Shown here: one piece after another, positions 52,801-64,000 of the stretch
Layout: every line of letters begins with the position of its first letter
Position numbering within the stretch: the first letter of the stretch is position 1
Assembly (NCBI GenBank): GCA_900088475.1
Contig: FLMG01004137.1
Location: 1 to 64,000 of the forward strand
Direction: 5' to 3'
Origin: Hyphochytrium catenoides
Taxonomy: Eukaryota > Protista > Hyphochytriomycota
DNA length: 64,000 nucleotides
Made by a program: the position numbers and the translations under genes
Notes under the pieces: model-generated
The model's database searches: none
What the model was told of the DNA's origin: nothing
The model's input: the letters and a program-made list of their open reading frames with translations, nothing else

Positions 52801-55800
52801 GCTTGATCCAGAGCTCATTAAAGCTGAGGAGAAGACACCCTTGCTTGAGGTGGAGCTCGACTTGCTGGGAAAAGAGGTTGTCTTCCAGCCTCCCATCGGA
52901 CACAGAGCTGAAAAGACAGGTGTATCGGATATTGTGATGCACTGGGTTGACAAATTCACAGAGATTGCGGTACAGTTTGTCAGACTGGATACCGGGGATG
53001 GTTCATACGTGAAGGAGTTAAGAGAGCACCCGGAAGTGCGGAGCTTGTTGGCCAAAGTAACGGACAATCTGACTTTCATGGAGACAGAGTGCAACCAGTA
53101 TCGCGCGAAATTCCTCAAGTACGAGTACCTATGGACAACCGATCTCAGTGCAATGTTTACTTCTTTTCTTCAGGGGGCATGGAGAGAGGAGACAGCCTCT
53201 TCGGGGTTTAAGATGCGCTTTCTCGACCTTCACAAGTTTGAGGCGAAGATACAGCACTATCTGGCTGTGCAGCAGGAGATTGCAGAGTTGAAGAGTTCTA
53301 TGGACGTCACATTCTTACGTTTGAATTCTCAGCCGATCAAGCAGGCGCTCGGCACGTGGGCCACCAAATGGAGTTTTGTCTTCACTCAGCACCTCCAGGA
53401 GTTTGTCCAGAGTCGGCTCGTTGAGATTGACTGCTTCATCCAAAACACGAACAGCGGCATCGCTGAGCCAGTGAAGCATAATGATAAGGAGGCACTTATA
53501 AAGTGTGTGACTCACATCAGAGACGTCAAGAAGCGCATGGGAACCATGGAACTGTCCCTCAAACATTTGCGAGACGTCGTGCAAGTTCTAAAGAGTCAGG
53601 ATATCTCGATGGAGAATACGTTTATAGGCGCTGAAAGCGTCGTCGCCTACCTAGACCACGCTCCTCAACGTTGGGAGCAGACAGTTTCAGCCACTTTCAA
53701 GAAGAAAGAGATGACCCAAGCAATTCGCCATGATATGGCAGAGCACGTGAAGATAGAGATTACGGAGTTCCACTCTGAGATAAGCGATTTTAGGAGCGCT
53801 TTCCGCCACAAGGCACCCATTACGGTTCAAGAGGCTGAAGAAGCCTATAGAACTATTGATAAGATGATGCTGACGGTTTCTGCCCTCGAGCACCGAGCAG
53901 TGGAGTACTCTAACTTGGAGGAACTCTTCGAGCTGGCCCCATCTAAATATGACAATGTAGAAGCCACCAGGAAGGACCTCCAAGCTCTTAAGACAATCTG
54001 GGACTTCATGTCTTTGGTCAGGCAGACCTTTGCAGAATGGCACTCCCAGCCATGGGGCCAGATCCAGACGGACCAATATTGGATGGAGGCGAAGCAGTTA
54101 GAGGACCAGTCAAGGAAGATTCCTCAAGATTTCAGGGACTTTGAAGTCTGCCAGTGGGTAGAGGATTCAATCCGGAATATGCTAGCCGTCCTTCCCGTCA
54201 TTAGGGAACTAAGGAAGCCTGTAATCAAGGATCGACACTGGAAAGCACTTAGTTCCATTACCCGGAAGCAGATTGATAGAGGTCCTGCTTTCTGCTTATT
54301 GGACATTCTTAACGCCGGTATTCACAGTCACGTGGATGAAGTAATGGAAGTGGTTGATATTGCAACCAAGGAACAAAGAATAGAAGGCAAGTTATCGGAG
54401 ATAGAGGGCATTTGGAGCACCCTCAACCTAGCCTTCATCCCTTACGAGGATAGCGACAGTTACTGTCTTAAAGCTCCTTCTGATATAGTTGAGATGCTCG
54501 AAGAACATCAGTTGCAGCTGCAATCCATCAGTGGCATGGGTAAATGCATGATCTTTTTCAGAGACAAGGTCCTCCTGTGGCAGGGCAAGCTTGAGAAAGT
54601 CGACACCAATTTGAAGCTGTGGGTCAAGGCTCAAAAACAATGGGAGAACCTGGCCTCAATCTTCATAAGATCTGCTGATATTCAAGAGCAGCTGCCTGAG
54701 GATTCGAAGAGGTTTGAAAGCGTCGACAAGGAGTTCAGCACACTCATCAGAGAGGCACGACAGAAGCCTCTGGCTCTGGAGTGCTGCTCCAAAGATTCGC
54801 TGGAGAGGCAACTCAAACACATGATTACGGAGCAGGATAAGTGCCAAAAGGCTCTGGAGGAATACCTCAGGAAGAAGAAGCATGTTTTCCCCCGTTTCTA
54901 CTTTGTTGCTCCGTCGTCGTTGCTTACAATACTGAGTAACAGCAACAATCCACCGAAGGTACTCCCTTTCATAGGCGACTGCTTTGAGGGCATTGACACA
55001 TTAGAATTGCATCGCGGTTTGCAGTTAAGAGACCAATCGGAAAGCAAGGCCCCTATGATCCCTCGCCTGGCTGTTGCGATGATATCCAAGGACTCAGAGA
55101 AAGTGGCTTTTCCATCCCCTTTGGAGCTAGAAGGCGCCGTAGAGTCTTGGCTGAACGATGTTGTAGAGATTATGCGAGAGACACTAAAGAATACCCTCCA
55201 GATTGCCATGGAGACCTCAGCAAGCACAGAGGTCAACGACCCGAGTGGCTTTCCACCGGGTCTGAATTATCTCCCGTCTCAACTTTTGATTCTGGCATCG
55301 CAGATAGCCTGGACAGAAGAGACAGAAAAGGCAATAGAAGGTATCGAAAACGGCAATGCCGATGCGGTCAAGAAGTTTTTGGAACTCAGCACCAAGCGCT
55401 TAGAGGGGCTGGTCAAAAATGTCCAGACGGAGTTGCCGTCTGCTCTACGCATCAAGCTAGTGTCTCTTATTACAGTGGACGTGCACTGTCGAGACGTGCT
55501 CCAAGGTTTGGTAGATAGGAAGGTGGAAAGCAGCCAGGACTTCATGTGGCAGTCTCAGCTCCGTTATTACTACCGCAACCAGAAAAAGGAAGTCGAGATC
55601 AAAATCTGCGACTACCGCACCCTATACTCCTATGAATACATTGGGAATACTGGCAGGCTGGTTATCACACCACTTACTGACCGGTGCTACATCACCCTTA
55701 CGACTGCCCTTCGCCTATTTCTTGGTGGTGCCCCGTCAGGACCAGCGGGCACTGGGAAGACGGAGACCACCAAGGATCTTGCAAGAGGCGTGGGCTTACC

Positions 55801-58800
55801 CTGCTACGTCTTCAACTGCTCGGACCAGATGAATTATCAAACAATGGGAGAAATTTTTAAGGGTCTCGCTCAAACCGGCGCCTGGGGTTGCTTTGACGAG
55901 TTCAACCGTATTCCAATAGAGGTCTTGTCTGTTGTTACTACTCAGGTTCGGACGGTATTGGACGCCATTCAGTTCTTGTCAGTGCCGTCTAATCGAGAGG
56001 AAGAGTATCAGAAAGAGCCCGCGGGCTGTCCTCCCGTCGTGGTGGGGAAGTTCGACTTCTTTGAAGAAAGGATAGCTCTTGTCCCAACAGCAGGTCTGTT
56101 CATTACGATGAATCCGGGCTACGCGGGCCGGACCGAGCTACCAGAGAATCTGAAGGCCCTGTTCCGTCCTTGTGCTATGATCAGACCAGACATGAAAGCA
56201 ATTGTTGAGAACATGCTGCTGTCTTCGGGTTTTCTAAAGGCCAAGTCACTGGCCATCAAGTTCATCACCTTGTTTGACCTTGCTTCCGACATGCTCAGCC
56301 AGCAAATCCACTATGACTGGGGCTTACGCTCTGTAAAAACTGTCGTTACCGCTGCCGGCGCGCTAAAGCGAATGTGTCCGGACTACTCAGAGGAACAGGT
56401 CATTCACCAAGCTATCAAGGACTATAATTGCTCCAGACTAGCCACCAAAGACCTCCCCATTTTCCAGCAGCTTACCGCTGACATCTTTCCAGGGACTCAG
56501 CAGCGATCAAAGAACAATGATGCAATCCGAACAGCATGTTTGGCTGCCTGCGGACAAAAAATGCTTCAGCCTGATGAGCCCTTTATTGCTAAGGTCTTGC
56601 AGTACAATGACCTCTTAAGTGTTAGGCACTCAGTAGTCCTTCTTGGTCCAGCTGGTAGTGGAAAGACAACTGTCTGGCAGTTGCTTTGTGAGGCGAAGAA
56701 CAACGACCTTCCCCGAGCTGTGGCGGTGTATGACATTATCAACCCCAAAGCCATATCTTCGGACGAGCTCTTTGGGTACATGACTTTGGACAAGGACTGG
56801 AAAGACGGAGTGCTCTCAATGGCAATGAGGAGTATGTCCAAGGAATGGGGAGTTTACTCATCGACCCAGGCATCCAAATGGATTGTCCTCGATGGAGAAA
56901 TTGACCCTGAATGGATTGAGTCTCTGAACACTGTGATGGACGATAACAAGGTGCTCACTCTTGTCTCCAACGAGAGGATTCCGCTTACTCCTTCGATGAG
57001 GATGATCTTCGAGGTGGATTCTCTCGCGCATGCAACTCCAGCGACCGTCTCTCGAGCAGGCATTCTCTTCATCAATGAGAACGACATTGGTTGGCAGCCA
57101 TTCGTCGAGAGCTGGATAGAAAGACGACCTAGCGCCTCTGAAAAGGACATCTTGCCTGGCCTGTTTGCTAAGTATGTGGAGAAAACTCTAAGCCTTATCC
57201 GGAGAGACAAGCTTGAATATGTCACGGAGACGAGAAACATTACGCTCGTAATGAACCTTTGCTATCTTCTCGAAGGCCTTCTCTCCTCTGTAAAAGATGT
57301 ATTAGGAAAGGAGAAGGCCATGAGTACTGAAGTGGTGGAAACGGTTTTTGCATTTGCTGTTGTATGGGCCCTTGGCGGGAGCTTGCAGAAAGACAAGACC
57401 AACCGCTCAATGGACATTTTCTCTAATGCTTGGATGACGGAATTTAAACCCCCCAAAATACCTGACTCCTGTGGCGTCTTTGAATGCTTCTACGATGTAC
57501 AGAAGAACGAGATGATGCCTTGGTCGGCCCGAGTGCCTAGTTACTCCCCGATGGTAGGAGCCAGCTTTGGTGACGTCCTGGTACCCACAGCAAACTCTGT
57601 AAGAACAGGGTTCTTGCTTGAGTTGGCAATCAAATGTTGCCGGCCGGTTCTCTTTGTGGGGGATAGAGGATCTGGCAAGTCCACAGCTATCAGCAATCAT
57701 TTGGCGAATGTTGGGGAGGATTGGTCGGTACAGAACGTCAATGCCAACTATTACACTGACAGCCTGTCACTGCAACTGCAGCTGGAAGGTATGCTGGAGA
57801 AGAGAACCGGTCGACTCTATGGCCCTGCTAGGGGCAAGAAACTCATTGTGTTCATAGACGAATGCAACATGCCCGCCACTGACAAGTATGGCACACAAAC
57901 CACCTCATCCTTTCTGCGGCAATATTTTGATTATGGCTGCTGGTACGACCGCGACGATCTCTCTCTGAAAAAGCAGATTATCGATATGCAGATCATTGGC
58001 TGCATGAATCCCAAATCAGGACCTTCTTCCCTTAACGAACGCTTCCTACGGCACTTCTGGACCATCCATCTCACCCCTCCTGATTCTACGGACCTGCGCA
58101 CTATGTATACAGCGATACTAGGACAGTTTCTGGACTCCTTTAGTCAGCCTGTGAGGGCATTGATCCCTACAATTATCAATGCAACCCTTGAACTGCATAG
58201 TCGCATAGCCGAGGAGTTTCTTCCAAGTGGACCAAGATATCACTACATCTTCACGCTAAGAGACCTTCGAAATGTCTTCCAAGGCGTTTGTCAAGCTTTA
58301 CCAGAATACTATGTTCAGCCTATCAAGTTACTTCGCCTCTGGATCCACGAGTGTCACCGAGTCTATTCCGACCGCCTCATCTCGCACAATGAGGTTACGA
58401 TATTCTCCGATGTTTTGGTGGATGTGACAAAGAAGCATTTTGAGGAAAGCCAGGCACAGTTACATCAACCACCTCTCCTTTTTGCCAACTTTGTCATGGA
58501 CCAAGAGCTTGGACGACCCTATGTCTCCGTGTCTACAATGGATGAGATGAGGTTGATTGTCAACGCTAAAATGGCAGAATACAACGAGAATCAGGCAGTT
58601 ATGAACCTTGTCCTCTTTGACCAGGCGGTGGAGCAGCTGGTTCGAATCACGAGAGTTCTGGGCTCTCCCAACGGCCAAGCGCTGCTCATTGGAGTTGGGG
58701 GAAGCGGGAAGCAGTCTCTTTGCCGTCTTGCCAGCTTCATTTGCCAATACGGAGTCTTCGAGCTTACATCCTTCTCGGAATCGGACCCCGCCAATTTAAT

Positions 58801-61800
58801 GAAGGAAGCGGTCAAAGAGCTTTACCACAGAGCGGGAGTACGACCAGCTGTGCCCATAACCTTTCTAGTTAACCTTCAAAGTCTGCCGGACGAGAAGTCA
58901 CTGACCTTCATCAATGACTTGCTGCACGGCGCCTTCAACGCCAACATCTTCACCAAGGATGAGATGGAAGATATCCTGTCCACTCTGAGAGTTGAGGCAA
59001 AGAGAGCAGGGTTGCCGGAGACTAGAGAGCATGTTCAGCAGTTCTTTGTAGAAAGGGTCTGCAGGAATATCCACACTATCTTACTCGGCTCACCCGTGGG
59101 GGAGATCCTCCGCCTTTGCATCCGGCGGTTCCCTGCTATTGCAAGCCGCACCGTAATCAACTGGTTCCATCCATGGCCTAGCGACGCTTTGAAGTCGGTT
59201 GCTACGCGGTTCCTCTCGACTGTTGAAATGACGAGCGAAATCTTAAAGGAGAACATCTCACACCATATAGCGGAAGTGCATGTTACTGCAATTGCTATGA
59301 CGGAGAGGTATCGTCGCGCTACCAATAGGCATAGCTACGTCACACCAAAGTGCTTCTTAGATCTATTAGATATGTACAACCGATTTGTCTCGGAAAAGTC
59401 GCTTGAGAATAGGAACCAGCGACAGCGACTCGAGGCAGGGCTGGAGGCCCTCACAAAAGCTTCAGCAGACGTTGAACTGCTGCAAGAAGAATTGAAAGTC
59501 GCTGGCGCGAGGGTGGAGGAGAAGAAAAAGGCTACAGAAGATCTACTGAAGGAAATGGGGAAACAGCGAAGTGAGATGGAGAAGAAACAAGTAGAGGCGG
59601 ACGATGAGAGGCGAAAGGCTGCACAGGCTGCATCGGCTGCAAAGAAGCTTGAGGACGAGGCAGCTGCTGACCTGGCAATATCACAACCAGCTTTGGATGC
59701 AGCGAAGACTGCAGTGGATTGTTTAAGCAAGGCAAGCATTACTGAGCTCAAATCAATGGGCAAGCCACCTGCAGGCGTAGACAGGGTGACACAAGCTTTA
59801 TTGATAATGATAAAGGGTGAGAAGAAGAACTTCTCTTGGGACAACGCAAAGAAAATGATGGCAAAAGTAGACGCCTTTAAGCAGCAGTTGGAGAGCTACA
59901 ACGGCGAAACCATCTCCTCTGAGACTTTGGACCTCCTAGAGCCCATTATTTCAGAGCCGAACTTTACTCCTGATAAAATGAAGTCCAAGTCGGTGGCAGC
60001 TGCTTCCTTATGTACGTGGGTTATCAACATCGTGGCCTTCCATAAAACGTTTGTCAAGGTGAAGCCTCTCATTGACAAGTTGACGGTCGCCAAGCATGAA
60101 AAGGGTATGGCAGATGAAGCCTTGGCCAAGGTTGAAGGTGTCTTGGGACAGATTGAGAGTGAGCTGAGCCAGCTGCAAGCAGCATTTAGAGAGGCCACCA
60201 ATGAAAAGGCAAGGATGGAGGCAGAGGCAAATAATACTCAGGATAAGCTCACACGGGCAGAAAGACTGGTTACGGGTCTTTCCTCCGAAAGAGAAAGGTG
60301 GAGCAATGATATTGAGAGACTCAAGTCCGAGATGTCAACTCTATACGGTGATGCCCTGTTAGCAGCTGGATTTGTAGCTTACAGCGGGGCATTCGACGCC
60401 AACTTTCGGCAGCAACTGTGGAAGGAGGTATGGATCCCTGACATGAGGGCGAGGGAGATACCTCTTAAGGATGCAATCGACCCACTTCATATTTTGGCGT
60501 CCGAGGCGACAATAACGGACTGGATGAACGATGGCTTACCTTCTGACAGGTATCGGAGCCTAATCCGTTTATCTCCTCCTACTGCATTTCGTGTTGGAAC
60601 CCTAACCCTTGCCTTCCTCCTGGATACACTTTCAATACTAGACGCGTCACAGCCAAGCCATCCTACTCGTTTCGCCTCCGCGTTTGGTCAGGCTTTCTGC
60701 TATCTCTAGTTTCAGAAACCCCATGTCAAATCTCTGGCGACTCTTCCTCCTTCTTCTCCTCTAACCCCAGCTTTGGTGCTATCGCTCTGTTGCCTGCGCA
60801 GAATATCGGCAGAGAATGCGGCGATCATCTCCAGATGCAATCGATGGCCTCTACTAATTGATCCTCAAGTACGGACTACACTTGTCCCCACACTTCGGTT
60901 GCTCTCGCAACGCTCGAGATGTACTAACTAGTTTCATTTTTTTGTTATGGCAGCTCCAAGCTCTTAAGTGGCTCCGTGCACAGGCAAGGCGCAGGTCAGG
61001 GGAAGACCGAATGACCATTGTGCAGACCACACAATCAGGGTATGTAGGCCCAATATTACAGTATATGAACGGCCAGCAAGCTCTCCACGGACTTTGTCGT
61101 CTAACTCAATGTTCTATGCAGCTGGCTGAGGCAGCTCGTTACCGCAGTCAGAGAGGGGGAATTCATTGTCATTGAGAACGTAGCGGAAGATTTACCTAAA
61201 TCGTTGCAGAATATTCTGTCTAGGTCTCTCTCCAAAAAAGGGCGATCCTTCTTCATCAGGATTGTGGATGAAGATGTTGAGTACGATCCGAACTTCCGGC
61301 TTCTCTTGCAGACCAAACTCTCCAATCCGCACTACTCACCTGAGATCTCTTCACAGTGCACGCTGATCAACTTTATCGTAACAGAGCAGGTGCTAAGCAA
61401 TGCTTAACTTCTGGACTTATGTTCCCTATCTCTTATCCTCCCTTCATCTCTACCTAACCTCCCTACCGCCGTTAACTAGCAGTCCCGTACCTATAACCGC
61501 ACATGAGTTGACTCGAAAGTGGTGGCGATGCCCATTCTTATCAGCATTGCGACCAAAGACCCTCATGTTCTGCTTTCATGTGACTTACTTCTCCATTCTG
61601 CGTACTGTTGATTGAATAAGTTGATCATACCCTTATCACGATGTAGGGATTGGAGGATCAGCTTTTGACCCATGTCGTGGCGAAAGAGCAGCCAGAGCTG
61701 GAAAAGGAAAAGCAAGATCTTCAGACATCAATCCGAGGCTACAGGTCCCAGATTGGTGAACTCGCTACTCAACTTCTGGAGAAGCTGTCCAATGCTCCAG

Positions 61801-64000
61801 CGGACATACTGTCAGATGCGTCTTTGGTGGAGAGCGTTGACGCAACGAAGAGGACGGCCGAAGAAATCAAAGAGGCAGAAGCCAAGGGGAAGGAAACAGA
61901 CCAGATTCTGAACCGTACCCGAGAGCTCTACAGGCCCGTGGCTGCGGAGGGCTCCATGCTCTACTTCTTGTTGGTTGGACTCTCTTCTCTCTCACCCATG
62001 TACCACTACTCTCTCGCGTCTTTCCTGAAGTTGTTCTTCCTATCTCTGAAGGCAGAGATTTCTTCCAGCGCGGTCGAGGAACGTGTAACTATACGGCAAG
62101 AGCACTTACGGTCGGTTGTTTCCTTGTTCTTCAGGCAATCCTTCCCCACAGCCTTTGCCCCTACCTCTACTTCAGGCAATCCTTCCCCAAAACCTTTGCC
62201 CCCACCGTCTATTATGCCATGTTTGCAAGAGCTTTTCATTGCAAGGGCATGCTTGGTGTTCATCTTACGTCCTTCGTTTGCGTTCTGGTGGCTAAATCTG
62301 TTCGCGGCCCTGCCCTTCCAGATACACGGTATACAAAGCGGTGAATCGCGGGTTATTCGCTGGACACAAGATGAATTTTTTAAGCCAAATGACCTTTAAG
62401 CTATTGGAAAAGGCGCATCTTGGCAAAGATACTGGCTTCTCTTCAGAGGCTTTAAGGGTTTTGCTGCGAAAACCTCGTTCCTTCAAAGCGTTATCCGCTC
62501 CTAACCCCGTGGATTGGCTAACTCTCGATCAGGTGAGTCCAAACGACAACAGGGTCAAAATGTAGACAAAGCAGATGAAGTTGCCTTCCATGACGAGAGA
62601 GAGGATGCTGTGAGATTCGCTGAGATGTACCAGGCAACAAACTTCGAGTACTTATCTTTATTCTCACTTAACCCCCCAGTGGGCAGCGATCGTTGGTCTT
62701 AGCGAAGAACTTCCTGAGTTTACCAAGCTTGCTCTGGACATCGAAGAAAATGCTGTTCGATTCAAAGAGTGGTTTGTCCAACCAGCCGCAGAGGCAGAAA
62801 AACTCCCGCTGGACTGGAGAGAGCTGGATAGGACCCCATTTCTCAAGCTGCTGGTCGTGAACTGTCTGAGGCCAGATCGCCTTATCTCTGCACTCCAAGA
62901 CTTCATTGTTAGCCAGCTACCAGATGGTAAGCAGTATCTAGAGATCGACGCAGAGCTCAATTCTTATCAGGTAAATATGCATATGGCTTTTAAGAGGAAA
63001 CGACGGAGACTGGAGGAAAATCTCAAAGTTTGAGACATGTTTGGGGCGGCTTCTATGAAGTTTAGAGTTGCAAATCCACTCTCTTGCTGGAGAGAACCTG
63101 AGGATGTTGTGACTATTATTGACAGTTTTCTCGTTCCACGCATAGGTGCTAGAACAAGCATTTGCGGACACGGATGCCGTTACCCCCATCTTCTTTGTGC
63201 TTTCTCCAGGCTCAGATGTTAACCCCAATATTGACAAGCTAGCAATGAAGAGAGGAATGGAGAAGAACGTTACATATTTCTCAATATCACTGGGGCAGGG
63301 GCAGGAAAGCGTTGCCATGAAGCTAGTAGAGGACGGCTGCTCTCGAGGTCACTGGGTAGCACTTCACAACATCCACCTGACTCCAAGGTGGTTGACAGCT
63401 CTAGACCAGATGCTTCAACGATTGCATGGTGGAGAATGCCACGCGAACTTTCGGCTTTTTCTGTCTTCGGACCCTTCATCCAGCGTCCCTGTCAATCTGC
63501 TGCAGAACTCGTTCAAGATCACAACGGAGCCGCCGATTGGCCTGAAGGCCAACGTGAAGAGGGCCTTCTCTCAGTTCAGGTGCGTAGTTTGATAACTGAA
63601 TGGATTGAAGGCTGCACCGAAGTCTAGACGTGCTTCTTCCCTGTTACGCTCTTCAATCTCCCTGTCTGCCCTCCACCATATCCCCCTTTCTCTGGTATCT
63701 CCTCAGCTCCTTCAGGGTCATCTTCATCGATTTGTGTATTGGTGCACCGCCTTAGTCAACACCTCGCAGCCAGTAGTGACCGTTTGCTAAAGCTTACTAC
63801 TATGTGACAGCAAGGAGCAAACCGACGACATGGAACAACGAACGCGTGGGATTCTTTTCGGCTTATGCTACTTCCACGCCATTGTTGTTGAGCGGTCAAA
63901 ATTCGGGCCCAAGGGTTTCAATGTTGCGTACCATTTCGCAGTCAACGACCTCATACACAGCGCAAACATTCTTGCTAACCAGATGGAGACGGCCACAGCA
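49880..64000 (+). CDS. ODA4: Axonemal outer-arm dynein heavy chain, beta type (DNAH9/11/17-like); 3' partial
   Basis: Starts MQDPETDTRFQWI. Tail motifs HPGPLAELNFW and PPTAGALAW. P1 GPAGTGKTETTKDLA...CYVFNCSDQM, then CFDEFNRI. P2 GPAGSGKT, P3 GDRGSGKS, P4 GVGGSGKQSL. The stalk/MTBD, GLPSD, LLIDPQ, SLGQGQ and ITTEPP follow. Runs off the window end. Confidence 0.95.
62129..62211. repeat. Intronic tandem duplication (period 41)
   Basis: CTTCAGGCAATCCTTCCCCA...CCTTTGCCCC occurs at 62129 and 62170. Confidence 0.9.

Noticed and set aside
51034-60201. Many antisense and alternative-frame ORFs inside the dynein exon
   Set aside because: These are expected shadow ORFs of a long coding region.

Overview
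Gene-dense, intron-rich eukaryotic nuclear DNA from a flagellated protist. Stramenopile-like is my inference from the protein styles. Most introns are short GT-AG (50-80 nt) with CTAAC/CTGAC branch points, and a second class is longer and pyrimidine-rich. I assembled gene models by eye, so starts are approximate. Genes in order: intronless PH-domain protein; initiator tRNA-Met; frameshifted Cys/His zinc-finger relic with a ~95-bp tandem repeat; bifunctional HPPK-DHPS folate enzyme; C2-IQ-inositol 5-phosphatase-CaaX (INPP5E-like) tail-to-tail with BBS5; small RVxF/YDR protein; KUP/HAK K+ transporter; long coiled-coil protein; small mitochondrial-type protein; TELO2; ER acyltransferase-like protein lacking its catalytic His; Tudor-like/zinc-finger/SAM protein; IQ-WW-SAM-FKBP protein; outer-dynein-arm docking-complex-like coiled coil; small single-TM protein; SLBP; and a beta-type outer-arm dynein heavy chain running off the window. 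The most interesting signals are the clustering of ciliary and outer-dynein-arm genes, two apparent pseudo-enzymes, two tandem SAM-domain genes, a 9.7-kb exon, and ~40-bp intron duplications, one of which creates a recursive-splice-like site. No CRISPR, rRNA or intact transposon was seen, and no undescribed system can be proven from sequence alone.
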